64,000 nt of DNA from an uncultured Gammaproteobacteria bacterium (GCA_963764725.1 CAVXTM010000012.1:64001-128000); one strand, 5' to 3'; positions 19,308 to 29,663 are shown, counted from the stretch's first letter. The notes: generated by a model not told the origin, from the letters alone. Translations and numbers: made by a program.

Positions 19308-20686
19308 GAGCTTCCGTCAAGAGGTGTGTAAATAAGTTCAGGCGGCCTTTCTGATGGTGTCATTATTTGTTCGTATTCCATCGGCGAATGCGACGCCGTT
19401 ATAGATGTCTTTCAGTAGCTCGGTGGCGTTGAGCCGGCGGAAAGTCGTTTCAGCGACCATCATGATTTTCCAGATCAGGGCGGTGGCGTTATCGACTTTC
19501 TTGAACCGCTTGGCCGCATTGGTACGTAGCCGCACAGCGGCGAAGGGCGATTCGATCGGATTGGTGGTTCGCAAGTGGATCCAGTGTTCTTTGGGATAGC
19601 GGTAGAACGCCACCATGCGCTCCCAGTCGTGATCGAGAAGCTCAGCGGCGGCTTGGAAGCCTTGTTGACGGCACCAGCGTTGGAAGGTCGCTTTGGCCTT
19701 CTCCGCTTCTTGGCGGGTAGGGGCATAGGGGATCGGACAGAGCAGCGCTTTCGCTTCGGCCTGGCGTTTCTTCGGAAGCTTATCCAAGAGGTTTAAAATG
19801 CGATGATTCCAACAGCGCTGTTCCTCGGCCTCGGGATACACCTCGGCCAGTCCACCCCAAATCCCCAGATGTCCATCACCGACCACCAGGCGCGGTGCAC
19901 GTAGGCCACGTTTCTTCAAATCCCGTAACACCGCCGACCAACTCTCGGTGGATTCCCGAAACCCGGGGGTGATGGCTAAAAAGGCCTTGCGCCCATCGCT
20001 CAGGCCCGCCACGACCACTAAGAGCGCGGCCTTCTCCTTCTCCAATCCCGCCTTGACATACACCCCGTCTACCCACAAATAAACGACCCCCAACTCCGCG
20101 AGAGGCCGTTGATTCCAAAGCGCATATTCCCCCGCCCACTTCGCTTTCAGCCGCGCCACCGAACCCCCCGAAAGCGGCGCCCCATCCCCGAGCAGCCCCC
20201 GCAGCGCAAGCTCAAAGTCGCCCAGGGATAACCCATGGAGATACAACGTGGGAAGTAACTCCGCCACCGTCTCCGTGCGGCGGACAAATAAAGGCAACAA
20301 CCTGCTCTCAAAGCGCTCCTCCACCCCTCGCACCCGCGGCCTCGCAAGCTCCACCGTCCCACAGCTGAGGCCCAACTTCCGTACCTTCCCATACCCATTG
20401 CGGTACCCGCCCGGGCCGTCTATCTCCGCCCGACGCTCCGATTTCTCTCGCCCTAAGAACACGGTGACTTCCTCTTCGAGCAGATCTTGCAAATACCCTT
20501 GAATCCGCCCACGGACCCATTCCTCGAGATTCTCCCATACCACACTTGACCTACCCACTCCTTCGGTGCTTTGCTTCTTCATGGCGGTGTGCTCCTTTCT
20601 CTCGGGCCTGCCAGCCCGTTCTTTGTTAATTACTACAGAAAGGGTACATCGCCTTCACCTTTTTACACACCCTTTGATGGTACCTC
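19308..20686 (-). mobile_element. IS256-family element, copy 1 (1379 bp)
   Basis: Imperfect TIRs GAGCTTCCGTCAAGAGGTGTGTAAA / GAGGTACCATCAAAGGGTGTGTAAA; 8-bp TSD TCGAGATC at 19300-19307 and 20687-20694. Confidence 0.95.
19338..20582 (-). CDS. IS256 family DDE transposase
   Basis: YRNGY, WVDG, GDG, QRCWNH, RTTNPIES. Confidence 0.97.
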   Translation of the reverse strand: MKKQSTEGVGRSSVVWENLEEWVRGRIQGYLQDLLEEEVTVFLGREKSERRAEIDGPGGYRNGYGKVRKLGLSCGTVELARPRVRGVEERFESRLLPLFVRRTETVAELLPTLYLHGLSLGDFELALRGLLGDGAPLSGGSVARLKAKWAGEYALWNQRPLAELGVVYLWVDGVYVKAGLEKEKAALLVVVAGLSDGRKAFLAITPGFRESTESWSAVLRDLKKRGLRAPRLVVGDGHLGIWGGLAEVYPEAEEQRCWNHRILNLLDKLPKKRQAEAKALLCPIPYAPTRQEAEKAKATFQRWCRQQGFQAAAELLDHDWERMVAFYRYPKEHWIHLRTTNPIESPFAAVRLRTNAAKRFKKVDNATALIWKIMMVAETTFRRLNATELLKDIYNGVAFADGIRTNNDTIRKAA

Positions 20687-21181
20687 TCGAGATCTTGTTT
20701 CTCGCCAACGGCGTTTGCCAATGGGGCACCTTTGATACAGAGAAGCGTTTGATCGATCTGCATGACGCCGCGCATCTCGATCGCTCGCGCAAACCCCCCA
20801 TCTGGTCGGAATCATAGCACGTTGAGATCGCTCAATAGGAAAACGCCGCAACCGCACAGTTACTCACAAAGATTTCGTGTCATTGACTACCCGTCAAGCT
20901 AAGCCATATAGTCCCACCACAACAAAAAGGCCATTTCAATTTCCTAGTCGCCCTTCAGCGACGATCCGAAAAAAGACCATACGGGCTACATCCTTTTCCT
21001 TCCCGCGAAGGAGTACGCCCTGGTGCGCGACTGTCTCGGAGTCAAAAAACCCGACCCAACAAAGAAACCTCCGAAGACAACCTCCGTCTAGTGTTGCTCC
21101 CCGGCTCTGTGCCGGGAATGTTTCTTGACAGAGAGAATATTCCGTTGTAGTTCCAAGAGAGTTGTCGACGAGGAGGTCAAG

Positions 21182-21751
21182 ATGAAGCGATTACTTGCCG
21201 TACTTCTATTGTGTCTCGCGTTTCCCCCGATGGCCGCACTGAGTGTCGAAGAACATCGTGAACTTTGCGACTCGGCAGTCGGAACGGAGAAACGGATGGT
21301 GCCGTTCGAGGACGCGCGGCTCAAAGGGTACGTTGCGGAGTTCCTGCGTCGGACGCACCTCAGCGGAGCGCCGGTACTCCTCTGTGTGACCGACCATCCT
21401 GGCGCAGGGGCATGGAACGATGTCGTCGAGACGCCGAGAGGGCCGGTCTTCGTCGTCGGCGTCGGACGGCGTTTTGCAGAAGCGATGGGAACGCACATGC
21501 GCGCTGTCATGGCGCATGAGGTGGGACACGTGGTCCAGGGGGACCACTGCATCCGCCGGCGCGGTTCCCTCGAATTGTGCGAGCTTGACGTCGACCGGAT
21601 CGCGATCGGATGGGTGGGAAAACCCGCCGCGCTCGCCGCTATGAGAGCGATCATCCGCTGGGGCGACGAAGAAAGCGCGCGTCATCCGATCTCCTACGCC
21701 GGTTCCGGCGAGTTGCGGGAGAGGCTCCGCGTGCTCGAAGCGACACCATAA
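21182..21751 (+). CDS. Secreted M48-like zinc metallopeptidase
   Basis: Signal peptide, AVMAHEVGH, ELDVDRIA; TTGACA upstream. Confidence 0.75.
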   Translation: MKRLLAVLLLCLAFPPMAALSVEEHRELCDSAVGTEKRMVPFEDARLKGYVAEFLRRTHLSGAPVLLCVTDHPGAGAWNDVVETPRGPVFVVGVGRRFAEAMGTHMRAVMAHEVGHVVQGDHCIRRRGSLELCELDVDRIAIGWVGKPAALAAMRAIIRWGDEESARHPISYAGSGELRERLRVLEATP

Positions 21752-21764
21752 GACAACACGTACA

Positions 21765-21792
21765 GAGCCCCGGCATCCGGGGCTTTTTCTTT
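21765..21792 (+). terminator. Rho-independent terminator
   Basis: AGCCCCGG-CAT-CCGGGGCT followed by TTTTCTT. Confidence 0.8.
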
Positions 21793-22189
21793 GGGCGTTG
21801 ATATTGACGCGGGGAGGTTGCCGCCCTAGTCTCTGGAGAGATGTTGCGGAGATCTCGTTGTTTTACTTTTCGCCCTTATTACGTTTTCTGCCCACGCGCA
21901 ATCGGTCACACCCCCACCTCGAGACGAAGAACTCTGCGCCGCCGGAGGGCGTTCCCACGGATGGGCGCCTTCGGACGACGCCGCTGACCCACGTGCTACA
22001 TTCACGCCGAAACCGTCACGACCCGAGCAAGTTCTTCTCTATTGAAATCGTCTGCTTCTACCAACCCTCAGCAAACGTGAAAAATCACGCGAGAGCCGGG
22101 ATACTACGTACGCCAGAACCAGGTCTGGTATCCACCAAATGACCGCTTCTGGCCGCTCAGCGATTTCCATCCGAAGGAACAATACCAAC

Positions 22190-22964
22190 CTACAGGCTGG
22201 CGGCCAAATCTCGCGTACGTTGTGCGGCCGGCACCTCCCTGCATCCACTGGCATTCTGGCCCGACCAAAGCGGAGAAAAGTCACCGCTGCCGTAACCTTC
22301 AGCTTTTGCACGCAAGGGAGCAATTGCGGAGGTGGCCAAAGGAAAGGCAGGCAGAGCGGCGCTCATCGGCCCGAGTTCCTTTATCACACGGTTCATGATT
22401 GAACGCGCGGGTCGGCCGGTGAACACGTTTGTCAGCGCGGTGTGGTGGGCCGTCTCGCTTTTCAGCGCAGCACGATGCACCACGCTCGTGGTTGCTTCGG
22501 GGCAGAGCAAATAGGCCGTTCCGATCTGTACGCCGGCCGCTCCCAGCGTCAGTGCGGCGGCAACGCCTTTCGCGTCAGCGATGCCCCCGGCCGCAATGAC
22601 CGGTGTCTTCACGGCCCTCACGATCTGCGGTACCAGCGCGAACGTGCTCACTTGGCGGGTCAGATCTTCCGACAGAAATGTGCTGCGATGTCCCCCCGCC
22701 TCTAGACCCTGCGCGATGATGGCATCGACACCGTGCGATTCCAGCCCACGTGCCTCTTCAACGGTGGTTGCCGAGGACAAGATCTTCGCTCCCCACGTTC
22801 GCACGCGTGCAAGCAGCTCGGGCGATGGCAAACCGAAATGAAAGCTGACGACTGCGGGTCTGATCTCGCTCAGCATATCGGCGGCTTCGTGACTGAAGGG
22901 GCCCCGCCCAGGGCCCACTGGCACCGTGCTCACGTCCAGACCATACTCTTGGTAGTACGGCGAC
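22190..22964 (-). pseudogene. Nitronate monooxygenase, 5'-truncated by IS256 copy 2
   Basis: VVSFHFG, QGLEAGGH, AAGGIAD, GTAYL, LWSGQ. Confidence 0.9.
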
Positions 22965-24343
22965 GAGCTTCCGTCAAGAGGTGTGTAAATAAGTTCAGGC
23001 GGCCTTTCTGATGGTGTCATTATTTGTTCGTATTCCATCGGCGAATGCGACGCCGTTATAGATGTCTTTCAGTAGCTCGGTGGCGTTGAGCCGGCGGAAA
23101 GTCGTTTCAGCGACCATCATGATTTTCCAGATCAGGGCGGTGGCGTTATCGACTTTCTTGAACCGCTTGGCCGCATTGGTACGTAGCCGCACAGCGGCGA
23201 AGGGCGATTCGATCGGATTGGTGGTTCGCAAGTGGATCCAGTGTTCTTTGGGATAGCGGTAGAACGCCACCATGCGCTCCCAGTCGTGATCGAGAAGCTC
23301 AGCGGCGGCTTGGAAGCCTTGTTGACGGCACCAGCGTTGGAAGGTCGCTTTGGCCTTCTCCGCTTCTTGGCGGGTAGGGGCATAGGGGATCGGACAGAGC
23401 AGCGCTTTCGCTTCGGCCTGGCGTTTCTTCGGAAGCTTATCCAAGAGGTTTAAAATGCGATGATTCCAACAGCGCTGTTCCTCGGCCTCGGGATACACCT
23501 CGGCCAGTCCACCCCAAATCCCCAGATGTCCATCACCGACCACCAGGCGCGGTGCACGTAGGCCACGTTTCTTCAAATCCCGTAACACCGCCGACCAACT
23601 CTCGGTGGATTCCCGAAACCCGGGGGTGATGGCTAAAAAGGCCTTGCGCCCATCGCTCAGGCCCGCCACGACCACTAAGAGCGCGGCCTTCTCCTTCTCC
23701 AATCCCGCCTTGACATACACCCCGTCTACCCACAAATAAACGACCCCCAACTCCGCGAGAGGCCGTTGATTCCAAAGCGCATATTCCCCCGCCCACTTCG
23801 CTTTCAGCCGCGCCACCGAACCCCCCGAAAGCGGCGCCCCATCCCCGAGCAGCCCCCGCAGCGCAAGCTCAAAGTCGCCCAGGGATAACCCATGGAGATA
23901 CAACGTGGGAAGTAACTCCGCCACCGTCTCCGTGCGGCGGACAAATAAAGGCAACAACCTGCTCTCAAAGCGCTCCTCCACCCCTCGCACCCGCGGCCTC
24001 GCAAGCTCCACCGTCCCACAGCTGAGGCCCAACTTCCGTACCTTCCCATACCCATTGCGGTACCCGCCCGGGCCGTCTATCTCCGCCCGACGCTCCGATT
24101 TCTCTCGCCCTAAGAACACGGTGACTTCCTCTTCGAGCAGATCTTGCAAATACCCTTGAATCCGCCCACGGACCCATTCCTCGAGATTCTCCCATACCAC
24201 ACTTGACCTACCCACTCCTTCGGTGCTTTGCTTCTTCATGGCGGTGTGCTCCTTTCTCTCGGGCCTGCCAGCCCGTTCTTTGTTAATTACTACAGAAAGG
24301 GTACATCGCCTTCACCTTTTTACACACCCTTTGATGGTACCTC
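22965..24343 (-). mobile_element. IS256-family element, copy 2 (appears identical to copy 1; no TSD)
   Basis: Same TIRs, length and protein as copy 1; flanks ACGGCGAC and TTGGCAGA do not match each other. Confidence 0.95.
22995..24239 (-). CDS. IS256 family DDE transposase
   Basis: Translation identical to 19338..20582. Confidence 0.97.
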   Translation of the reverse strand: MKKQSTEGVGRSSVVWENLEEWVRGRIQGYLQDLLEEEVTVFLGREKSERRAEIDGPGGYRNGYGKVRKLGLSCGTVELARPRVRGVEERFESRLLPLFVRRTETVAELLPTLYLHGLSLGDFELALRGLLGDGAPLSGGSVARLKAKWAGEYALWNQRPLAELGVVYLWVDGVYVKAGLEKEKAALLVVVAGLSDGRKAFLAITPGFRESTESWSAVLRDLKKRGLRAPRLVVGDGHLGIWGGLAEVYPEAEEQRCWNHRILNLLDKLPKKRQAEAKALLCPIPYAPTRQEAEKAKATFQRWCRQQGFQAAAELLDHDWERMVAFYRYPKEHWIHLRTTNPIESPFAAVRLRTNAAKRFKKVDNATALIWKIMMVAETTFRRLNATELLKDIYNGVAFADGIRTNNDTIRKAA

Positions 24344-24570
24344 TTGGCAGAGAAGGAAGGACTCAAAGGCAAGGTGCAGACCATCTACCTCGACCCGCGT
24401 TAAGGCATCAAGTTCGGCTCCAACTGGCAGGTGAGCACCCGCAAGCGTGAGGTGAAGGATGGCAAAGGCCGAGGACACCACGCGCCAGCGCGAACAGGTG
24501 CGCACCTTCCGGGATAGGTGGAAGCTGGAGTGCATTCTTACCTGGCCTACCTGCGCGACCGCCTCGTGAC
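24344..24570 (+). pseudogene. Site-specific DNA methyltransferase (Mod-like) fragment
   Basis: LAEKEGLKGKVQTIYLDP(R*)GIKFGSNWQVSTRKR..HSYLAYLRDRL; decayed DPPY motif. Confidence 0.7.
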
Positions 24571-24798
24571 CGGTAGTGTGTTTGTGGCAGATCAACTCTG
24601 AAAACTCGCACTTGATGCGGAATGCTTGGAGGGGGGTTTGGGGGCCGCCGCTAATCCCACCGCGCCGCCGACGGCCATGGATTTCTCCAGCAGTAACGAG
24701 CCCTGACGACGGCTCGGCGGCCTCTCTTAGGCCGCGGTCGCCTGGGCCGATACTGTGGTGATGCGATCACACGAGAGGGTGCAGCAGCGCTCCGCCTG

Positions 24799-26838
24799 AT
24801 GCCCAACAAGAAGACGTATCCGCATGCGCTGCAGCCCGGCCATGAGCTGCTATGGTACCGGATCAGGGAAGTGCTGGGACAGGGTTCTTTCGGTATCACC
24901 TACCTATGCCAGGATCTGAACCATCATCGTCTCGTGGTGATAAAGGAATACGCACCCGAGTATTTCGCGCGACGGGAGGATGGTCATAGGATGGTGCCCG
25001 GGTCCGACACGGATGCCGATTTCGTCCGAGGACTGGAACGATTCGTCCATCAGGCGGAAACCCTCGATCGATTCCAGCACCCGAACATCGTCCGGGTCAT
25101 GGACGTGTTCGAGACCAATAACACGGCCTACATGATCATGGATTACGAGCGGGGCGAGAGTCTGGGTTCGGTGCTCACGCGTCAGAAGACCTTGAGTGAT
25201 CTGGAGCTGTGCGGTCTCCTTCTTCCCGTACTCGACGGGCTGGAAGCGATCCATCGGGCGGGGATGCTCCATGGCAATCTTAAGCCCAGCAACATTTATA
25301 TCCGGACGGACGGAAGCCCGGTTTTGCTCGACTTCGGCTGTACGCGGCAGGCACCCGGTACCCAAAGCAACGTCACCCCCCTAGCATCGCCCGGCTATGC
25401 CCCGATTGAGCAGTACACTCAGGGAAAACCAGGCCCTTGGACGGATCTCTACGGGCTTGGGGCGACCGGCTATCGGGCGGTCGTGGGCTCCGCTCCGATC
25501 GACGCACTGGCCAGGGCCGAGGCCATGCAAGCGGAGGCACCTGATCCATACGAGCCGCTGGGCGGACGAACAAAGGCACCCTATTCCCAAGCCCTGCTCA
25601 AGGGCATTGACCACGCGCTCGCGTTCGAATCGACGCACCGTCCACAAACCGTGAGCGAATGGCGCGAAGATCTCAAACTACATGCCACGCATACCTGGGC
25701 TATCAAGGTGAAGGACAGCTTCCGGACTTCGGTGGACCTGGAGGATATGCCCACCCTGCCCTCGACCCGCCGGCGCGGATCGGTAGTCAATCTGGGTCAG
25801 GACCGCGGCGGTGACGCGGTTTCGAGTCCACACTCCTCTCGCGCCACGGAGGAGATCGCCCCCGCGACGGCAGGGCACGTCAGCCGGTGGTTCGACCGCG
25901 GCAGAAACGTCGCGCTCGGCATAGTGACCGCCTTCGCTGGCGTTGGGTTGATGTTCGTGCTAGTGACAGACAATTCCGACCCCGCAACGCGAACTGATCG
26001 TGACATTGCCTACACGCCGCCGACACAGCAACCCGCGGTGGCTTCAAGTAACAAGCTGCGGCACACCCGACCCGGTCAGCCATCATCGGCCATCCAAGTA
26101 CCCAAGCCTCAGCTCCTCGCCGGAGGTCAACCCGTGGCCAATGCGATCCCGATCCCGGTATCGACGGACACCCCGTCGTCGGCGGTCGACGCCAAGGAAT
26201 CGGTGGCGGACATCCGAGATCGAAGCGAGGGGGGGCCGCCGCGAGTGCGCGAGTTGCCGAACGCTCTATCATCGGCAGTCCAGGGACAGGCCGATCCACC
26301 GGCGGTCGTGGATCCGCCCGGTGCTGGACAGCCGCGAAGCCAGGTGTCGCAGGATGGTCGATTGCCGCGGGTGTCAGATCTCCAGGCAACGGACGGCGCG
26401 TCGGCGTCATCCGAAACAAACGTCAGGACGTTCAACACCTCGACAACGACCAAACCACCCGTCGTAGCAACGGACGAAACCAAGCCATTGGGCCAGCGTG
26501 CGGCCCAAATCGCACAACTCCTCGCACAAGCCGGGCGAGATGTCGCGGCCCTGCGGCTCACGGTCCCTGCAAGCCGAAATGCATTTGCCAAGTACCAGGA
26601 AGTACTGGTGTTGGATCCCAAGAGCTCCCAAGCGCTAGACGGGATTGCATCCATTGTCGATAAGTATGTTCAACTTATCGACCGCGCCATTGAGACGCAC
26701 AGATTCGGGCTCGCGGATCTCTATCTGCGTCGAGCAGTCACGGTTTCGCCGGAGGATCGGAACCTCCGCCGGGCCCGGGAAACCATGGTGGCTAAACGCT
26801 ATCCACGAGGGGCAAAGGCAGCTTCACGTAGGCACTGA
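24799..26838 (+). CDS. Hanks-type Ser/Thr kinase-like membrane protein (catalytic loop HGN; possible pseudokinase)
   Basis: GQGSFG, VVIKE, HPNIV, HGNLKPSN, DFG, YAPIEQ; TM helix near aa 370-390; helical C-terminal domain. Confidence 0.88.
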   Translation: MPNKKTYPHALQPGHELLWYRIREVLGQGSFGITYLCQDLNHHRLVVIKEYAPEYFARREDGHRMVPGSDTDADFVRGLERFVHQAETLDRFQHPNIVRVMDVFETNNTAYMIMDYERGESLGSVLTRQKTLSDLELCGLLLPVLDGLEAIHRAGMLHGNLKPSNIYIRTDGSPVLLDFGCTRQAPGTQSNVTPLASPGYAPIEQYTQGKPGPWTDLYGLGATGYRAVVGSAPIDALARAEAMQAEAPDPYEPLGGRTKAPYSQALLKGIDHALAFESTHRPQTVSEWREDLKLHATHTWAIKVKDSFRTSVDLEDMPTLPSTRRRGSVVNLGQDRGGDAVSSPHSSRATEEIAPATAGHVSRWFDRGRNVALGIVTAFAGVGLMFVLVTDNSDPATRTDRDIAYTPPTQQPAVASSNKLRHTRPGQPSSAIQVPKPQLLAGGQPVANAIPIPVSTDTPSSAVDAKESVADIRDRSEGGPPRVRELPNALSSAVQGQADPPAVVDPPGAGQPRSQVSQDGRLPRVSDLQATDGASASSETNVRTFNTSTTTKPPVVATDETKPLGQRAAQIAQLLAQAGRDVAALRLTVPASRNAFAKYQEVLVLDPKSSQALDGIASIVDKYVQLIDRAIETHRFGLADLYLRRAVTVSPEDRNLRRARETMVAKRYPRGAKAASRRH

Positions 26839-26849
26839 CGCGGGGGAAG

Positions 26850-27237
26850 TGCGCCGATGAGCACGGTTTTCTCCTCACTTCCGCTGGTGAAAACAAACTT
26901 CTTGTAAGAATTCATCATGCGCGCCATGCCTTAACATTTCCTTCTACGTGACCCAGCCGACCAACACCGTGTCAAAAGTCCGGTACGCACGGTTGAGTTC
27001 TGCGTATATGTCGTCACCGACGCTAGTCACCCAGGCGCCGGGATCGTCCACTCGTCCGTTCAGGGTGGTCATCATTGCTAGTACTATTTTTCGCATGTGT
27101 TACTCTTTCCAGTTGAGTAAGAACCCATGCGTGAAGTGCGCTGCTTTCCCACACTGTGCGGGTTCCTGGTTAGGGCCGGCTCCGTATACATACACGTCGA
27201 GGTAAATTGAAAAGCTCTGGAGGCGGAGCTTGGTCAT
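26850..27237 (-). pseudogene. Two tandem dihydrofolate reductase/RibD-C family 5' fragments
   Basis: MTKLRLQSFSI..YGAGPNQ (from 27237) and MRKIVLAMMTTLNG..VLVGWVT*KEM (from 27096). Confidence 0.65.
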
Positions 27238-27512
27238 ATCCTAAACGCCGTTACCATCTTCTCTGAAAGACAATCCTTCGGACTGCAAAACTCTCTTCAC
27301 CTTTGGAATAGACGCCAATGTCGTCGAAGCGCCATTCGCCGTCGCAGGTGTATGCTTGCTTGGGGGATGGTGGCGTAGCTAAACCTAAACCGCAGTGACC
27401 GATCCGGACAACGGCCGAGCGACCAACGGCAGGAGGCGTTGCGATGCAGAATTCAACTTTGAACCTGCGATGGAAGCGACCCGCGGGAAGGTAGGGGCGC
27501 GTTAGCGCCCGA

Positions 27513-28313
27513 GTGACGAACCTCATGGTCCCGATGCTGCGCAACGCCGTCGCCGTCTCTATTTTGGTTGCTGGGATCACCGTGTTTCAAGATCGTCTGC
27601 TGTACTTCCCTGCGCGGTCCGCGCTCGGCGATATGGTTTCCGCCGGCCTGCGCGGGTGGCCCTCGCCGCGAAGTTTTCGTGGCCTGGTGGCGGAACCAAG
27701 AACTCAGGCCCGGGCCACGACCATCGTCTTTCACGGCAATGCCGGCCACGCCGGCCATCGGGCGTTTTACGCAGGAGTGCTCGTTCCGCTCGGCCTGCGT
27801 GTGCTCCTGGCGGAATATCCCGGCTACGGCCCCCGCGACGGCGACCTGGGCGAAAGCAGCCTGGTCGCCGATGCCGCGCGGACGATCGCGCTGGCCCACC
27901 GTGAATTCGGTGCACCGTTGCTCCTGATCGGCGAATCGCTTGGAGCCGGAGTAGCGGCCGCGGCCACTGCGCAGGAGCCACACAAGGCGGCGGGCCTGCT
28001 GCTCATCACGCCTTGGGATAGGCTTGAGCAGATCGCCGCTCATCACTATCCGTGGCTGCCCATGCAGTGGCTGCTGCGCGACCGCTACGACAGCGTCACG
28101 CACCTGGCGTCCTTTCGCGGGCCCGTGTTGGTGGCCTTGGCCGAACGGGACAGGATCGTGCCAGCGCGCTTCGGCAAGGCCCTCTTCGACACGCTGGCGG
28201 AGCCCAAACGGCTGATAGTGATTAAGGCGGCCGGTCATAATGATTGGCCCGGCCGTGTTGATGAACGCTGGTGGCGCGAGGCGCTTTCTTTCCTGCTCGG
28301 CGAGGCGTTTTGA
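27513..28313 (+). CDS. Alpha/beta hydrolase
   Basis: FHGNAG, EYPGYG, GESLG, D and H of the catalytic triad (AGHND). Confidence 0.92.
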   Translation: MTNLMVPMLRNAVAVSILVAGITVFQDRLLYFPARSALGDMVSAGLRGWPSPRSFRGLVAEPRTQARATTIVFHGNAGHAGHRAFYAGVLVPLGLRVLLAEYPGYGPRDGDLGESSLVADAARTIALAHREFGAPLLLIGESLGAGVAAAATAQEPHKAAGLLLITPWDRLEQIAAHHYPWLPMQWLLRDRYDSVTHLASFRGPVLVALAERDRIVPARFGKALFDTLAEPKRLIVIKAAGHNDWPGRVDERWWREALSFLLGEAF

Positions 28314-28527
28314 AAAAGGCGCAGAGCGGCTAGACTGCGGAGCGTCGCCCGGCCGCCAAAAGCTGTAGCTCTGACACTGACACATCAATGTACCGTTCGC
28401 TTTGGAAGAGCACGACGTTTTCGGGGATCTCGACGGTGCGTTGTAGGTACCGGATAATAGTTTCCAGGCATGTTCGAAGCGCTCGCTTTGATGCAGGGCC
28501 CGTAGTGTCAAGATAGCGTCTTACAGG

Positions 28528-28680
28528 CTATCGTTCCCGAAATTCCATACGTGCGAGTTTCGAACCTGATCCGCATGTTCTGACATCAAGCAGCTTGCCA
28601 GAGTAGTGATGATTTAGCCTCCGAGAGTGGCAATCTCGATGACCTCACTTTTACTTACGTCGGGAACTCCTGGTCTGTAG
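28528..28680 (-). mobile_element. 3' end remnant of an integrase-core transposase element
   Basis: VIEIATLGG..HHY tail, and terminal AACTCGCACGTATGGAATTTCGGGAAC resembling 39547-39573. Confidence 0.55.
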
Positions 28681-28882
28681 TAGGACTCCGCAAGAGCCAG
28701 TGCTCGCGCTTCCAAACCGATGCATAAGTTGCGGACTGCTCAGCCATATATCCAGCCTATCAATGCGGTCGCTCCACTATTCCGACCCTAACGACCTGCG
28801 GCTAGCGAGGGTCGTAGAGCACCACCCCCGCGCCGCCTGACAGCAACAGCGTTACCCACAAGAAGAGCTTACGGATCATCTT

Positions 28883-29356
28883 CTATCGGGCGACCAGCGC
28901 GGCGATATCGGCGCCGACCCGCATGTCATCGTCACGACCAAAGCTGTGCTGGTGCACCCGTCCCTCGCGGTCGATGAGAATCAAACTAGGTGTGCCGCGC
29001 ATGCCGTAGGCGCGCATGGTCACAGGCGTCTGCCCGGCCTCGTCCGGTTGGTCGACTGCGATGGGAAAGGTATATCGAAACTCGTGGATGAACGCATCCA
29101 GCGCCGTGGGTGTCATGGCCGCATGGTGTTCGAACACCGTATGCAGTCCTACCACCGCCACGTCCTCGGCCGGGAACATAGAGTGGATCTTCTGCGCCTG
29201 CGGCAGACCGTGCAGGACACAGCCCGGACAGAGCATCTGGAAGGCATGGAGCACAACGACTCTCCCGCGCAGATCCGCAAGACACAGTGGCTTGTCCGTG
29301 TTGAACCACGCCTGCACCGTCCATTCCGGTGCCGGCAACCGATCATCCTGTGCCAT
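28883..29356 (-). CDS. Redoxin / TlpA-like thioredoxin-fold protein
   Basis: AFQMLCPGC, GLHTVFEHH, GTPSLILID. Confidence 0.9.
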   Translation of the reverse strand: MAQDDRLPAPEWTVQAWFNTDKPLCLADLRGRVVVLHAFQMLCPGCVLHGLPQAQKIHSMFPAEDVAVVGLHTVFEHHAAMTPTALDAFIHEFRYTFPIAVDQPDEAGQTPVTMRAYGMRGTPSLILIDREGRVHQHSFGRDDDMRVGADIAALVAR

Positions 29357-29524
29357 ACCTACCTTCGTTCCGACGCGCTTCTGCGACTCGCCCTGGCGGC
29401 GTGCCTTAATCGGCAGCCGCTCGCCCCAAGAGTATAATAAGAAATGTTACCGGATTCTGCGACACCATCGAACTAGCTGTCCACCCGTTCCTTCCACCGA
29501 GTCGATGGGCTGCATCGGTCGAAA

Positions 29525-29596
29525 ACCCTGGTAGCTCAGGGGATAGAGCATCCGCCTCCTAAGCGGGAGGTCGCCGGTCGAGTCCGGCCCAGGGCA
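29525..29596 (+). tRNA. tRNA-Arg(CCT), degenerate (A1:C72 mismatch, 6-nt T-loop, CTA in place of CCA)
   Basis: CCCTGG/CCAGGG acceptor stem, GCTC/GAGC D-stem, CCGC-CTCCTAA-GCGG anticodon arm, GCCGG/CCGGC T-stem. Confidence 0.8.
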
Positions 29597-29663
29597 CTAA
29601 TATAATCAGATAGTTAAATGATTTTATATAAATGCTTACGATCGCAACGATCGCAAAATTATC

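Larger units (their letters stand above)
18733..20790 (+). pseudogene. baeRF-type (bacterial archaeo-eukaryotic release factor-like) gene, decayed and interrupted by IS256
   Basis: CVSLFLP, DDDFWQHQYDGLAFF, RFHLKPLFPL, FYLLALSQ; DGRIEI|LFLANG..WGTFD continues across the IS. Confidence 0.7.

Noticed and set aside
19308-24343. Composite transposon formed by the two IS256 copies carrying the M48 gene
   Set aside because: Copy 1 has its own TSD on both sides and the outer flanks do not match, so the pair did not insert as a unit.
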